Source of the DNA: Candidatus Uhrbacteria bacterium GW2011_GWE2_46_68
GTDB lineage: Bacteria; Patescibacteriota; Patescibacteriia; UBA9934; GWF2-40-263
DNA length: 58,028 nt
Reading direction: 5' to 3'
Assembly (NCBI GenBank): GCA_001002765.1
Contig: LCMS01000008.1
Span: forward strand, 1-58,028
Shown piece by piece: positions 25,641-36,132 of this stretch. Position numbers and translations under genes: made by a program. The notes beneath the pieces were generated by a model that saw only the letters and a list, made by a program, of their open reading frames with translations, did not search any database and was not told the origin of the DNA. Position 1 is the stretch's first letter, and every line of letters starts with the position of its first letter.

Positions 25641-28589
25641 ATGAGACGTCTGCCACAATGTTTGCAGGCAGGGTGGTTCCGTTTACAGGAGGCTTTGCAT
25701 CCAAAAGATAAAAACACCTGGTGGAAGAGGGGAAGTGTTTTGGTTTTGATTCTCCTTGGAGTTTTTTTTGCGACAACACTTGTTTTTGCGCGAACACCGG
25801 TAACCACCGAACCGACTATATTGGACAGGCTCATGCTCGTCTTGGCCGGTTATGCCATGGGTGTGGCGGGCGCGCTCACTCAAGGGATTATCATCTGTGT
25901 TGATCTCGCCATTCGCCTCATGATGTATAACGGGTTTGTAACCTCACCTGTTGTGGGCGCTGGATGGGCGATTGTACGGGATGCCATGAACATGTTTTTC
26001 GTGATCATCCTCATCTACATTGCAGTGGTGACGATTTTTGGAAAGACAAAAGTCAATTGGATGCAGGCGGTTCCAAAGATGCTCATCTTTGCGATTCTCA
26101 TCAATTTTAGTCGTACACTTTGCGGCATCATGATCGATATTTCCCAAGTGGTCATGATGATTTTTGCCAATGCGCTACGCAATGTCGCGGCTGGCAACTT
26201 CATCCAAATGCTTGGGCTCAATGAGATTTATCTTTTGAGTGAAAACTCAACCGTGATCCAAGATGTCGCTGAAGGAACAGGCGCTCCTGTTGCTTTTGAT
26301 TGGTTTGCCGCCGGTCTTTTGTCCGTTTTTATGGTCGTGATGGTGCTTGCGGTCATTCTCGCTCTTGTCGCCATTTTAGCTTGGCGCATTGTAACCTTGT
26401 GGGTTTTGGTTGCCATAGCACCTCTGGCTTGGTTTATGGGAGGCATTGCTGGAGTATTTTCACAGGCATCAGGGTATGCCGAGTGGTGGAAGCGTTTTGT
26501 TTGCGCCACAGCCATTGGGCCGGTTTTAACATTTTTTCTTTGGCTCACCCTTGCCGTGGCCGGTGCGGGCAGTTTGGCTGCCCGCGGAGGATTTGTTTCC
26601 ACAACCGAGCAGGGCAATCTCAATTTGTCTGGTAACATGAGTTCTATTTTTGAAGTGGAACATTTGATTAGTTTTGTTTTGGGTATGGGTATGCTTATGG
26701 CCGGGTTTGAAGCTGCCAATTCCGTTTGCCAAGGGTCTTCCCCTTTTGTTCAAAAAGCTTTGGGAAAAGCAAAAGGTATCCCAGCGCAACTGACTGCAGG
26801 TTTGCAAAAGTTTGCGACAAAACAAGCTAAGGCCGCCGGTGGCGCCGCAGCAGGACTTGGACTTAAAGGTGCTCGTAAACTTGGTGCCGGAGTCAAAGCA
26901 GCCGGGGGTCGTGTCGGTCGTGATGTGGGTGAGTGGGCCGGAGGGAAAGCGGGAATAAAATATTTTACAAAAAGAGGACGCGCAGGTTTATATCGAGACG
27001 TGGCCAGAAAGACTCGCGGAGGGGGTATTGTGAGTCGTGCGCTTTCCAAGCGCGCGGATGTTTGGGGCGAACAGTTGGAACGTGCGCGCATGGGAGAGGT
27101 GAAAGAAATGGGCAAAGGATTTGAGGGAATGTCCACACAATCCAAAGTCAACGAACTTTTGCGTCAAGCAAAAGGGAAAACCGGTACATCAAAATTGCGC
27201 GCCCAAAATTTGTTTATGGAATTGGCTGCCACCGAGGAGGGGCGCCGTCAATTAAGTTTGTCAGGAGTGACCGATGACTTCTGGAAGAAAAATGGAGCCG
27301 AAATGAACGAAACCTTTAAAAATGATCCTGACGCAAAAGGGAAGTTGGATGCATTTAAGAAAGCGCGTGTGGATTTGTCGGGAAAGAAATGGACTGACGC
27401 TGTTTCCACTTGGAGCGATGTGCAAGCCATGGATCCGGAGGCAATGGAAGCATTGGTAAAAAAGCACGGAATAGGGGATGTACAAAAACATTTGGAAAGC
27501 ATTGGATCAGACAAAAAAGGAGTCAGTGCTTGGCAATCTTTGAAGGGGTATGAGAAGGATGGCAACATAGTGAAGAGTTCAAATCTTAATGCTCAAGCCA
27601 TCTTAACAGGAACATCCACTGCACGTGGTATTCGTTTTGCTTCTGCTTCTGCTCAAGATTTGGCCAATGTGACCGATGAAGATTTGGTGGAAAATGTGAC
27701 CGAGAAGGGGGTGGGAAACGAGCATATTCGCAACCGTTTATTACGCAGCCGTTCGGTTAGTCGTATTAAAAATGCAAAAGCCAGAGAGGCATTGGCAGAG
27801 AGCATGCTTACATCAGGAGCAGCAGAGGCGGGAACGGCTCTGCGAGCAAATCCGATTCTTTTGGGAGCTTTGGGAGATAAACAAATGGAAAAGTTTACAG
27901 AAGACAACGATCTGCTTGCCGCCGCTCATGCAGCCATGCAAGATAAAAAGACCCGCGCGCAAATGACTGCGGCCATTAAAGCGGATCCGAAGGGAAACGC
28001 TCAACTGCAACAAAATATTGCCCGTCTGTTGGCAATGCAAGTGCAAAATGCAGGTGATGATGCAACAAAACAATCTGCACAAAGTCACCTCAACGAGTTT
28101 ATTGCACAATCACAAAGTACACATACAGCGGAAGCAACAACCTTGCGCGATGCAGGTTTGGCGCTTAGTCACGCAACAGGAGAAAAAGTTCAAGTGGAAG
28201 GAAATATCAAAAAACACGAACAAGAAAAAGAGACATTAACGCAACGCAAAGATTCTCCGAAAGAGGGTGATGAGGCTCGCTTAGCGCAATTGGAAGCTCT
28301 TTTAAAATCCGCAAACAAAGAACTTACTGATATTGAGAGCAAAATCCAAAGATTGAGTACTGCTCATATTGCGGCTCAAGCTAATCATGATAAGGCAAAT
28401 GCTCCCGTTTTGATGGGAATGATGCAGGCGGAACGCAGCTCACTTGAAAAAGTAAAAACGAAGATAGAGTCAGATAAAACTGCGCCAACAAACATTACAG
28501 AACAAACAAGGTTAGAGGCTGAATTGCAAAAAGTTATAGGACAAATAGCAAGTTTGGACGAAAAAATGCAAGCCCTAACATCCCCCTAA
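25641..28589 (+). CDS. VirB6/TrbL-like polytopic membrane protein with long coiled-coil tail
   Basis: GWAIVRDAMNMFF, LINFS, RIVTLWVL..IAPLAW and WW motifs; Gly/Ala-rich then helical C-terminus; upstream of PrgI and VirB4. Confidence 0.75.
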   Translation: MRRLPQCLQAGWFRLQEALHPKDKNTWWKRGSVLVLILLGVFFATTLVFARTPVTTEPTILDRLMLVLAGYAMGVAGALTQGIIICVDLAIRLMMYNGFVTSPVVGAGWAIVRDAMNMFFVIILIYIAVVTIFGKTKVNWMQAVPKMLIFAILINFSRTLCGIMIDISQVVMMIFANALRNVAAGNFIQMLGLNEIYLLSENSTVIQDVAEGTGAPVAFDWFAAGLLSVFMVVMVLAVILALVAILAWRIVTLWVLVAIAPLAWFMGGIAGVFSQASGYAEWWKRFVCATAIGPVLTFFLWLTLAVAGAGSLAARGGFVSTTEQGNLNLSGNMSSIFEVEHLISFVLGMGMLMAGFEAANSVCQGSSPFVQKALGKAKGIPAQLTAGLQKFATKQAKAAGGAAAGLGLKGARKLGAGVKAAGGRVGRDVGEWAGGKAGIKYFTKRGRAGLYRDVARKTRGGGIVSRALSKRADVWGEQLERARMGEVKEMGKGFEGMSTQSKVNELLRQAKGKTGTSKLRAQNLFMELAATEEGRRQLSLSGVTDDFWKKNGAEMNETFKNDPDAKGKLDAFKKARVDLSGKKWTDAVSTWSDVQAMDPEAMEALVKKHGIGDVQKHLESIGSDKKGVSAWQSLKGYEKDGNIVKSSNLNAQAILTGTSTARGIRFASASAQDLANVTDEDLVENVTEKGVGNEHIRNRLLRSRSVSRIKNAKAREALAESMLTSGAAEAGTALRANPILLGALGDKQMEKFTEDNDLLAAAHAAMQDKKTRAQMTAAIKADPKGNAQLQQNIARLLAMQVQNAGDDATKQSAQSHLNEFIAQSQSTHTAEATTLRDAGLALSHATGEKVQVEGNIKKHEQEKETLTQRKDSPKEGDEARLAQLEALLKSANKELTDIESKIQRLSTAHIAAQANHDKANAPVLMGMMQAERSSLEKVKTKIESDKTAPTNITEQTRLEAELQKVIGQIASLDEKMQALTSP

Positions 28590-28613
28590 TGCCACAAGAG
28601 TGGGTATCGAGAT

Positions 28614-30467
28614 ATGGAGGACACTACACATAATCGAACATATGCCGATCTTCCCGAAGATGTGCTCTTGTTTTTGAGCGATGTGGATGCGGTAGATCAA
28701 GCGCAAGCATTTTTGAAAAAATACGGAGGCAAAGAGGAGGATGCCGCATTACTTTTAGGAACAGGAGAACAGATTGTACTTGGCGCAAAGGCTCTGGAGG
28801 ATTTACCGAAAATTTTAACTGATCTTTTTGGGATCGAGGAAAGCAAGGTGGCGGTTGCAGCGGCGGAATATGCAACAGTGCGATTACTTCCGATTGCCGG
28901 AGCGATCGGGGATGTGTCCGGACAAATCGTAAAATGGGGAGGAAAACTTGGTGATCTTTCACAAAATCAAGGCGCGATTTTGCCGCAAGTGACAGCCGAA
29001 CAATTTGTGGCACATGTGATAGAAGAGCTCAAAATCACCGAGGCCGAACCCGATCCCGCCGCGCAACATCGTCTCCTGCTTCTTTTATCTTCGTATGTGA
29101 AGGGTATTCGGGATTTGTCCGAGACAAAGGATGCGCTGATGCGTGGAGAAAAAATCGGTGGCATGGAATTACCCGAGGAAATTGCCGATGAACTCCTTTC
29201 TTACGTCAATGACAAGATGAAGTTCTTGCGCATTGCGGATGCAAAAAAAGAAGAGCCTTCTCACACATCAACAAAACCGGTTGTCCAAGCTTTGCCTCGT
29301 CCTCGTGTGCTGCGGGATATCAAACAGCCCACTCCTCCTTTGGCTCAAAAACCCGTGGAGCCAAAACCTGTTGTTCCACCTCCCGTTTCGCCCCCTGCCG
29401 TTTCTACAAAACCTCTTGCTCCCATCATCAAAAAACCAGAACCTGTGAAAGAGGAGGATTTTGGCAAAGCCGAAGAGCGTGAGGTAAAAGAAATCGCAAA
29501 CAAGCGCGCAGTTGCCACGTCATTTTCAAAAGAGACTGTACAGACAGATCAAATCGCGCAAATGATTTTACAAAAAATCAATCTTCCACTTACAGATCAG
29601 TTGCAAAAACGTTTTGCCGCATTGGTGGATGCGCGGCTTTGTGGTGTACGAGACGCCGATCAAACGCGTCAGCATTTGGCAAAACCCATTTTGCAAGGAG
29701 GACTGGGAATGGCAGGAGAGATGCTCGTGAAGGTGAGCGATATTTTGGAGGAAGAAGTGGGGCGCGTTTTTAAACCTCATGGGGAAAAGATTGCACAAGA
29801 AAAACAGAAATCTTTTCAAGAACAGAGACAAAAGAGCGAGCAAAAAAAAGAGGTAGATACGCGCGAGTCGCAACTTCTTTCAAAACGGTACGCGTCGATT
29901 ACAGGCAAAGCGCCCACAGAATCGGTTGAACCCATGCATGCAACGGGCGTGCGTGTGACCGCAAGCCAGTCCATTTCCGAACATTTAGATCGTCAAGAAG
30001 AAAAAATAGATAAAGCAAAAGTAAGACAAGTGATCGAAGCCGCAAAGCCTCCCGCTTTTGTCTCTACGGTTTCTCATTCCACACCAACCATTTTGCCTGC
30101 GGGCGATCGATCGAAAGTGCAGGATGTGCATTTCGCAAAACACTTGGAAGGATCGGTAGAGGAATTGAAACGTATGACGCTCGTGGATTTTCGCCGTCTT
30201 GCTTCGTCCGCAAGCGCGTCTGTTGATCGCGTCGTGGATAAAATCGAATTGTTGCGCGAGCAGGGGCCGGATCGAATGGTGGCGGGAGTGCAGGCATGGA
30301 AGCAGTCACCTTTATATCTTTCCTATGTGGCGCTTGCCAAAGAAGCGGTGTTGTCAGGACAGTCCATCAAAGCGTTACTTGCGGAGAAAAGAAAAATGGC
30401 GCCCGATGAACTTGGAAACGAAGAATTGGATGCGATCATGTCCATTAACGAACAGTTGAGATATTAG
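28614..30467 (+). CDS. Hypothetical protein with an internally duplicated domain and Pro-rich linker
   Basis: G-[IV]-RD-x2-[EQ]-T...GG-[ML] motif occurs twice; lies within the T4SS-like operon. Confidence 0.8.
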   Translation: MEDTTHNRTYADLPEDVLLFLSDVDAVDQAQAFLKKYGGKEEDAALLLGTGEQIVLGAKALEDLPKILTDLFGIEESKVAVAAAEYATVRLLPIAGAIGDVSGQIVKWGGKLGDLSQNQGAILPQVTAEQFVAHVIEELKITEAEPDPAAQHRLLLLLSSYVKGIRDLSETKDALMRGEKIGGMELPEEIADELLSYVNDKMKFLRIADAKKEEPSHTSTKPVVQALPRPRVLRDIKQPTPPLAQKPVEPKPVVPPPVSPPAVSTKPLAPIIKKPEPVKEEDFGKAEEREVKEIANKRAVATSFSKETVQTDQIAQMILQKINLPLTDQLQKRFAALVDARLCGVRDADQTRQHLAKPILQGGLGMAGEMLVKVSDILEEEVGRVFKPHGEKIAQEKQKSFQEQRQKSEQKKEVDTRESQLLSKRYASITGKAPTESVEPMHATGVRVTASQSISEHLDRQEEKIDKAKVRQVIEAAKPPAFVSTVSHSTPTILPAGDRSKVQDVHFAKHLEGSVEELKRMTLVDFRRLASSASASVDRVVDKIELLREQGPDRMVAGVQAWKQSPLYLSYVALAKEAVLSGQSIKALLAEKRKMAPDELGNEELDAIMSINEQLRY

Positions 30468-30515
30468 GGAAGAATTTCCGAAGTGAAGAATTGGAAATGA
30501 GAAATTTTTTACGCT

Positions 30516-30947
30516 ATGCCCGATCAATTCGTGGTTCCACAATTTATTGACACGGAAGACAAGATCATCGGCCCCATAACCGGTCGGCAGTTTATTATTT
30601 TACTCGTGGTCGTGTTGCTCGATGCTACTCTCTATAAGTTGCTTTTGTTTAATTATTTTCTTTTGGTGGGGATCCCTCTTTTTATCATAGGTGTGGTCTT
30701 TGCGTTTGCAAAAGTGAATGGCGTGTCTTTTCATTATTTTGTGTTGAATTTATTGCAAACCTTTCGCCGTCCGCGTTTGCGTGTCTGGGATAAACAAAAA
30801 ACCGACGATCAACTGCGGACATGGATGTTGCAAAAACCCGAGGAGGTTCCGTTGCCCGAAGTACGCAAGGCTCCTCCGCAAGGATCGCGTCTTCATGAAA
30901 TCACTCTTGTCGTGGATACGGGGGGGACTTATAAACCTGAAGAATAA
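30516..30947 (+). CDS. PrgI family (VirB3-like) protein
   Basis: QF-x-VPQFID-x-EDKIIGPIT-x-RQF motif and two TM helices. Confidence 0.88.
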   Translation: MPDQFVVPQFIDTEDKIIGPITGRQFIILLVVVLLDATLYKLLLFNYFLLVGIPLFIIGVVFAFAKVNGVSFHYFVLNLLQTFRRPRLRVWDKQKTDDQLRTWMLQKPEEVPLPEVRKAPPQGSRLHEITLVVDTGGTYKPEE

Positions 30948-30949
30948 GT

Positions 30950-31624
30950 ATGCTAAACAAAAAACCAACAAACGTCGCGCCTTCCACTCAGCAATACATT
31001 GATATTGCCGAGATTCGAGATGATCTCGTTGTGATGAAAGATGGAACGGTACGAGCGGTACTCATGGTGTCGAGCATTAACTTTGCGCTCAAATCTTCCG
31101 AGGAACAAGAAGCCATTGTGCAAGCCTATATTACTTTTTTGAACGGACTCGAGTACCCGCTTCAAATTGTGATTCAGTCGCGTCGCATGAACATTGACGA
31201 ATATCTTCTGCGTTTGCGCGAGCAGGAACGCAAAACACAAAATGAACTTTTGAAAGCGCAAATCACGGACTATCGGGATTTCGTTTCCGAACTCGTAGAG
31301 ATGGGGGACATTATGCAAAAACGTTTTTTCGTCGTAGTACCGTACGATCCGCTTTCCAATAAACGTCGTGGATTTTTCTCACGACTTTCCCAAGCCCTTT
31401 CTCCAATCGCCTCGGCGAAACTCAATAAAACTCAATGGGAAGATCGCAAAGTGGCCATGAGTCGTCGAGCTGAACTTTTGGGAGGACAATTGGAAAGCAT
31501 GGGGCTGACGGTTGTGCGACTCGATACACAAGGTCTTATTGAAATGTATTACGATGTGTACAACCCGGATATTTTTGGTCGTCAACCGCTACAAGATCTC
31601 GAAAAGATTCATCACGAAGAGTAG
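30950..31624 (+). CDS. TraC/VirB4 N-terminal-like protein
   Basis: SINFALKS..EQ...Y..FLN.L..P.QI...SR motif; lies between PrgI and VirB4. Confidence 0.8.
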   Translation: MLNKKPTNVAPSTQQYIDIAEIRDDLVVMKDGTVRAVLMVSSINFALKSSEEQEAIVQAYITFLNGLEYPLQIVIQSRRMNIDEYLLRLREQERKTQNELLKAQITDYRDFVSELVEMGDIMQKRFFVVVPYDPLSNKRRGFFSRLSQALSPIASAKLNKTQWEDRKVAMSRRAELLGGQLESMGLTVVRLDTQGLIEMYYDVYNPDIFGRQPLQDLEKIHHEE

Positions 31625-31629
31625 ATTTT

Positions 31630-33708
31630 ATGCCTATCGAGTTTGGACAATTGAAACAGTTAAGGCCACAGGTGCCACAACATGCCACCCCTCCTTTGAA
31701 AAAATCCGCAGAAGCGGAGCGCACACAACAAGAGAGTACGCTTTTGGAAGAGGAACGGATTTATCGGCAGGGGGTGGTGACCGTGCGCGACATGATCGCC
31801 CCGGCGTCGTTTGAAATCAATCCGACTTTTTTGCGCATCTCCGGCGTATATGCGCGCACCCTGTTTGTCATCACCTATCCTCGACAAATCGGACTGGGAT
31901 GGAGCTCACCGCTTATCAATCTCAATTACACATTTGATATCGCCATGTATTTTTATCCGGTAAAGTCATCCGTGATTTTGAAGCAATTGCAAAAGAAAGT
32001 GGGTATTTTGGAAGCGGGGATTGCAACCGAAGCAGAGAAAGGAGCAGCACGCGATCCCAAAAAAGAAACCGCTCTGCGTGATGCGGAATCACTGCGTGAC
32101 GCGATCACCCAAGGGGTGGAACATTTTTTCCAATTCGGATTTTATTTTACGATCTACGGAAAAGATAAAGATGATTTGGAGCGCAAGACCGAGGAGATCG
32201 AATCGCTTTTGGGAAGCAAACTCATCTATACCAAGGCGGGATTTTATCAAACCGAGCAAGGATTCAATTCCACGATGCCGCTTGGAAACGACGAGCTTTT
32301 GGTGTCCTATAACATGAACACGTCGCCGATTGCCGCCTCATTTCCATTTATCAGCTCTGATCTCACATCAGATAACGGTATTTTGTACGGGGTGAATCGA
32401 CACAATAATTCACTTATTTTATTTGATCGTTTCTCGCTGCAAAATGCAAACTGTGTCGTGTTTGCCACGGCGGGCGCGGGAAAGTCTTACGCGGTGAAGT
32501 TGGAAATTTTGCGATCGCTCATGATGGGACAAGATGTGATTGTGATTGATCCGGAAATGGAATACAAACATTTGTCCGATGCGGTGGGCGGCACTTACAT
32601 CAATATTTCTTTGGCGTCTGATGCAAAGGCCAATCCGTTTGATCTCCCGCGCGCTAAGGGTGAGGAAACAAAAACCGAAGACATCATTCGTTCGGCCGTT
32701 ATTACCGTGAAGGGGCTTTTGCGCATCATGATCGGCAAACCCTTGGGCCCGCAAGGACAAATCAGTTTTACGCCGGAAGAAGATTCGCTTCTTGATCGTG
32801 CGATTATCGAAGCGTATGCAAAAAAAGATATTACGTCTGATGTGCGCGATCTTTCACAAGTGGAACCGCCCATCTTGCAGGATCTTCAAGATATTTTGGA
32901 AGGCATGACCGGATCAAATGAACTTGTGGAGCGATTAAAAAAATATACTGAAGGCACGTTTGCGGGATTGCTGAATTCACCCACTACAGTGGAAATGAAT
33001 AATCAGTTGGTGGTTTTTTCCGTGCGCGATCTTGAAGATGAACTGCGACCCGTCGCCATTTACAATATTGTGACCTATATTTGGAACGTGGTTCGGTCGT
33101 CGCGCAAAAAACGCATTTTGGTGATTGATGAGGCCTGGTGGCTCATGCAATATGAGGATTCGGCAAAATTTATTTTCGCGCTTGTAAAACGTTGTCGAAA
33201 ATATTGGATGGGCGTGACCACAATCACTCAAGACGTGAATGACTTTTTGCGTTCACCCTATGGACAGGCGATCGTTACGAACTCCGCATTGCAACTTTTG
33301 ATGAAGCAAGCGCCTTCGGCCGCCGAGGTGGTGCAAAAAACATTCAATCTTACGGATGGAGAAAAATATTTGTTGATCGAGTCCGGAATCGGAGAGGGAA
33401 TTTTCTTTGCCGGGCAAAAGCATGCGGCGATTCGCGTGGTTGCGTCCTATACGGAAGATCAAATCGTGACGACCAATCCGCAACAATTATTGGATATTGA
33501 ACGAGCCAAGAAAGAATTTGAAGAACAGATGGAAGCGCAAGATGTGGGGGAAAGAGGGGAGCCTCTGGTGGAAACAAAAGAGGGAGCGTCCGAGACGCAA
33601 ACGCAAGCGTATCAACAAAAAGCGCAAGAGGCGGCTTCGGCTTTACTTTCCTCGGAGGAAAATGCAAAACAAGAAGCGGATCGCATTCGTCAATCTCTAT
33701 CAAATTAA
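31630..33708 (+). CDS. virB4: VirB4-like type IV secretion ATPase
   Basis: Walker A ATAGAGKS, IDPEMEY, Walker B IDEAW, RKY and ITQ motifs. Confidence 0.92.
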   Translation: MPIEFGQLKQLRPQVPQHATPPLKKSAEAERTQQESTLLEEERIYRQGVVTVRDMIAPASFEINPTFLRISGVYARTLFVITYPRQIGLGWSSPLINLNYTFDIAMYFYPVKSSVILKQLQKKVGILEAGIATEAEKGAARDPKKETALRDAESLRDAITQGVEHFFQFGFYFTIYGKDKDDLERKTEEIESLLGSKLIYTKAGFYQTEQGFNSTMPLGNDELLVSYNMNTSPIAASFPFISSDLTSDNGILYGVNRHNNSLILFDRFSLQNANCVVFATAGAGKSYAVKLEILRSLMMGQDVIVIDPEMEYKHLSDAVGGTYINISLASDAKANPFDLPRAKGEETKTEDIIRSAVITVKGLLRIMIGKPLGPQGQISFTPEEDSLLDRAIIEAYAKKDITSDVRDLSQVEPPILQDLQDILEGMTGSNELVERLKKYTEGTFAGLLNSPTTVEMNNQLVVFSVRDLEDELRPVAIYNIVTYIWNVVRSSRKKRILVIDEAWWLMQYEDSAKFIFALVKRCRKYWMGVTTITQDVNDFLRSPYGQAIVTNSALQLLMKQAPSAAEVVQKTFNLTDGEKYLLIESGIGEGIFFAGQKHAAIRVVASYTEDQIVTTNPQQLLDIERAKKEFEEQMEAQDVGERGEPLVETKEGASETQTQAYQQKAQEAASALLSSEENAKQEADRIRQSLSN

Positions 33709-33711
33709 TGT

Positions 33712-34278
33712 ATGGAACTTTCCAAACGCGTGAAAAAAATTTTGGTTTTTATCTTGATGCTTTTGATCGTGCTTTTGTTGATTTTGTATCTGGTGAGAAT
33801 TTGGTCATCGGTTCCTTCTCCTTTGGGATCACCTGTTGTGGAACAGCAAGAAGATCAAGTGGAAGAATCAGTGATAGATAAGGAGGCGGTGTCAGAACAA
33901 CAAGAAGCGGCAAAGGAGGTCAATGTCCGCACAGTGGTAAAAACATTTGCCGAGCGTTTTGGAAGTTATTCCAATGAGGCGAACTTTGCCAATATCACTG
34001 ATGTCTTGCCCATGATGACCGAGGCATATGCAACACAGACGCAAAGCGCGATAGACTCCTGGACGGCCTCGGATGTGTATTATGCGGTGACCACGCGCGT
34101 ATTGACGATGGAGATCACGATCGATGAAGAAGCGGGAACAGCGCAGGCCATTGTGAGCACACAACGTGAAGAAGCGCGTGGGGATGTACAAAATATTTCC
34201 GTGAGTTATCAAGAGCTTGTATTGGATCTTACACGTGTGAGCGGAAGTTGGTTTGTGGACAATGCCACGTGGCGATAG
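33712..34278 (+). CDS. Bitopic membrane protein, possibly VirB8/NTF2-like
   Basis: N-terminal TM; FAERFGSYS; C-terminal beta strands ending W.VD.A.W. Confidence 0.65.
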   Translation: MELSKRVKKILVFILMLLIVLLLILYLVRIWSSVPSPLGSPVVEQQEDQVEESVIDKEAVSEQQEAAKEVNVRTVVKTFAERFGSYSNEANFANITDVLPMMTEAYATQTQSAIDSWTASDVYYAVTTRVLTMEITIDEEAGTAQAIVSTQREEARGDVQNISVSYQELVLDLTRVSGSWFVDNATWR

Positions 34279-34280
34279 GT

Positions 34281-34991
34281 ATGGGATGCTTGGACGTGTT
34301 TTTTCCGAGGTTTTGCGCGGGATGCAAAAAGGAAGGAACGCTGTGGTGTACAACCTGTCGGGAAACCCATCCACTCCAAATGGTTGGCGGTTTATGCCCG
34401 TTTTGTGAGAGTAAAGGCTCCTGGAGGACATGTCAGTCATGTCACCGGGAGACTTTTTTAGATGGGCTTATGGCGCTTACCTGGTATGCGGATCCTGCGG
34501 TGCGTCGAGTACTTACAACATGGAAGTATGTGGGAGATCAGGCGGCAGAAGAAGTCGTGCGCTGTTGGATACGACAAAAGGCGGATCATTTGGACAGATG
34601 GTGTCGGGATGTTGTGATCGTTCCCGTACCTTTACATAAGAGGAAATGTCGAGCACGAGGATTTGATCAAGCGCAAGTGATGGCACAGATGGTGGCACAA
34701 GAGATGGGGGGAGAATGGGCGAATATTTTAAGTCGTGTACGATTTACCTTACCGCAAGCGCAGCGTGGGGGAGGAGAAAGGATGGTGGGAGATTTGGATG
34801 ATATTTTTGAGGTGGTGGGAGAGGTCCCTGATCACATAGTGTTGTGTGACGACGTGTTTACAAGCGGTGCCACCATGGATGCGGCGGCGAAATGTCTGAA
34901 GGATCATGGAGCGAAAGAGGTGAGAGGACTGGTGATTGCCAAGGGTTCGGTTGATCATGGTACGGGAAGTCATGTGGGTAGTCCTGCTTGA
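34281..34991 (+). CDS. comF: ComF competence protein (zinc ribbon plus PRTase)
   Basis: Four CxxC motifs; PVPLH...RGFDQ; DDVFTSGAT. Confidence 0.92.
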   Translation: MGCLDVFFPRFCAGCKKEGTLWCTTCRETHPLQMVGGLCPFCESKGSWRTCQSCHRETFLDGLMALTWYADPAVRRVLTTWKYVGDQAAEEVVRCWIRQKADHLDRWCRDVVIVPVPLHKRKCRARGFDQAQVMAQMVAQEMGGEWANILSRVRFTLPQAQRGGGERMVGDLDDIFEVVGEVPDHIVLCDDVFTSGATMDAAAKCLKDHGAKEVRGLVIAKGSVDHGTGSHVGSPA

Positions 34992-35108
34992 TTTTTTTCT
35001 AAAAATTTCGTATCTTTCACGCACCTGCTATCCCTGCAGAGGCATGGATCTTGTGTAGTTGATGGGCGGTCGCACGCAAAACAGAATGTTTTTTGCAAAG
35101 GCAATCAT

Positions 35109-35202
35109 GGAGAGGTACCCAAGTGGTTCAAGGGGACGGTTTGCTAAACCGTTAGGTCGGTTTTTAGCCGGCGCGAGGGTTCGAATCCCTCTCTCTCCGC
35201 CA
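35109..35202 (+). tRNA. tRNA-Ser(GCT)
   Basis: Cloverleaf with acggt-ttGCTaa-accgt, long variable arm, GGTTCGAATCC and encoded CCA. Confidence 0.95.
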
Positions 35203-35240
35203 TCCCATAGAGATCCAACTTCGTTGGAGTCATGTGGGAT

Positions 35241-35290
35241 GTCCCTCCGAAATCCTGCCCCATTGGCGGGACGAAGGGGAACTCTGTTTT
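35241..35290. repeat. Nested palindromic repeat, copy 2
   Basis: gtccctccgaaatcctgccccattggcgggacgaaggggaactctgt, similar to 18-66. Confidence 0.7.
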
Positions 35291-35311
35291 GGAACATGTA
35301 TTTTCGTATGA

Positions 35312-35400
35312 GGTGAGGTGGCCGAGTGGTTGAAGGCAGCAGTCTTGAAAACTGCCAGAGTGAATAGCTCTCGTGGGTTCGAATCCCACCCTCACCGCCA
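35312..35400 (+). tRNA. tRNA-Ser(TGA)
   Basis: gcagt-ctTGAaa-actgc, long variable arm and encoded CCA. Confidence 0.95.
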
Positions 35401-35457
35401 GATTACCAAGTTCGAACCGAGGTAAAATAAGGGTTATCTTGGAATAAATAAAGAAGT

Positions 35458-36132
35458 ATGAAAATTATTAACACATATTCATTTAAAGGTGGAGAGAAGT
35501 TTCTCAAGACTAAACATCCGAAAGAACTCAAAGAAGTTCAAGATGCTATCAAAGCATTGGATGCCACCCTTTGCTTAACTAAAGAGAGTAAAGAGAAAAC
35601 TAAAAAAGGTCAGGTTTTGTTTTCTCCTGTCGATATGAATAATTACCTGAAACTCGTTTGTCACCAAAAAGGATGGACAACAAAAGCCGAGGAAGGTAAA
35701 AAGAGAAAGTTTGTAGAACCACGCCACGCTTTTGGCAAAGGACGATTTCGTGAGATGGACGGCATCAAGAATAAAGTTGGTCTTGAAATTCAATTTGGAA
35801 AATACGCCTTCATGGGTTATGACATTTTCTCAAAAATGATTATTTTCAAAAACTTAAAATATATTGAGTGTGGTATAGAGATTGTTCCAAGTAATGAGTT
35901 GGTAAAATTCATGTCCACAGGAGTCTCATCTTTCGAGCAACTTCTCGTTGATTTTGAACACAGAGGGGAAAGTAATATTGATATCCCGGTCTTTGTAATG
36001 AGTATTGGGCTTACAGATGAGGAAAAGACAAAATCTCAAACTCTTAGAGAACTTTTTCGTACTAACAAAAAGGAGGCCCTCTTAAAGATTAAATTGCGTA
36101 AATATAACGGATCAGCTCCCGGTCCCAAATAA
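35458..36132 (+). CDS. BglII/BstYI-family type II restriction endonuclease
   Basis: EMDGIK..VGLEIQFGKY (D...ExQ) and GIEI.P...MSTGV..FEQ motifs; convergent with an MTase. Confidence 0.82.
   Translation: MKIINTYSFKGGEKFLKTKHPKELKEVQDAIKALDATLCLTKESKEKTKKGQVLFSPVDMNNYLKLVCHQKGWTTKAEEGKKRKFVEPRHAFGKGRFREMDGIKNKVGLEIQFGKYAFMGYDIFSKMIIFKNLKYIECGIEIVPSNELVKFMSTGVSSFEQLLVDFEHRGESNIDIPVFVMSIGLTDEEKTKSQTLRELFRTNKKEALLKIKLRKYNGSAPGPK

Noticed and set aside
35028-35395. ORFs overlapping the tRNA-Ser genes
   Set aside because: Translations of tRNA sequence
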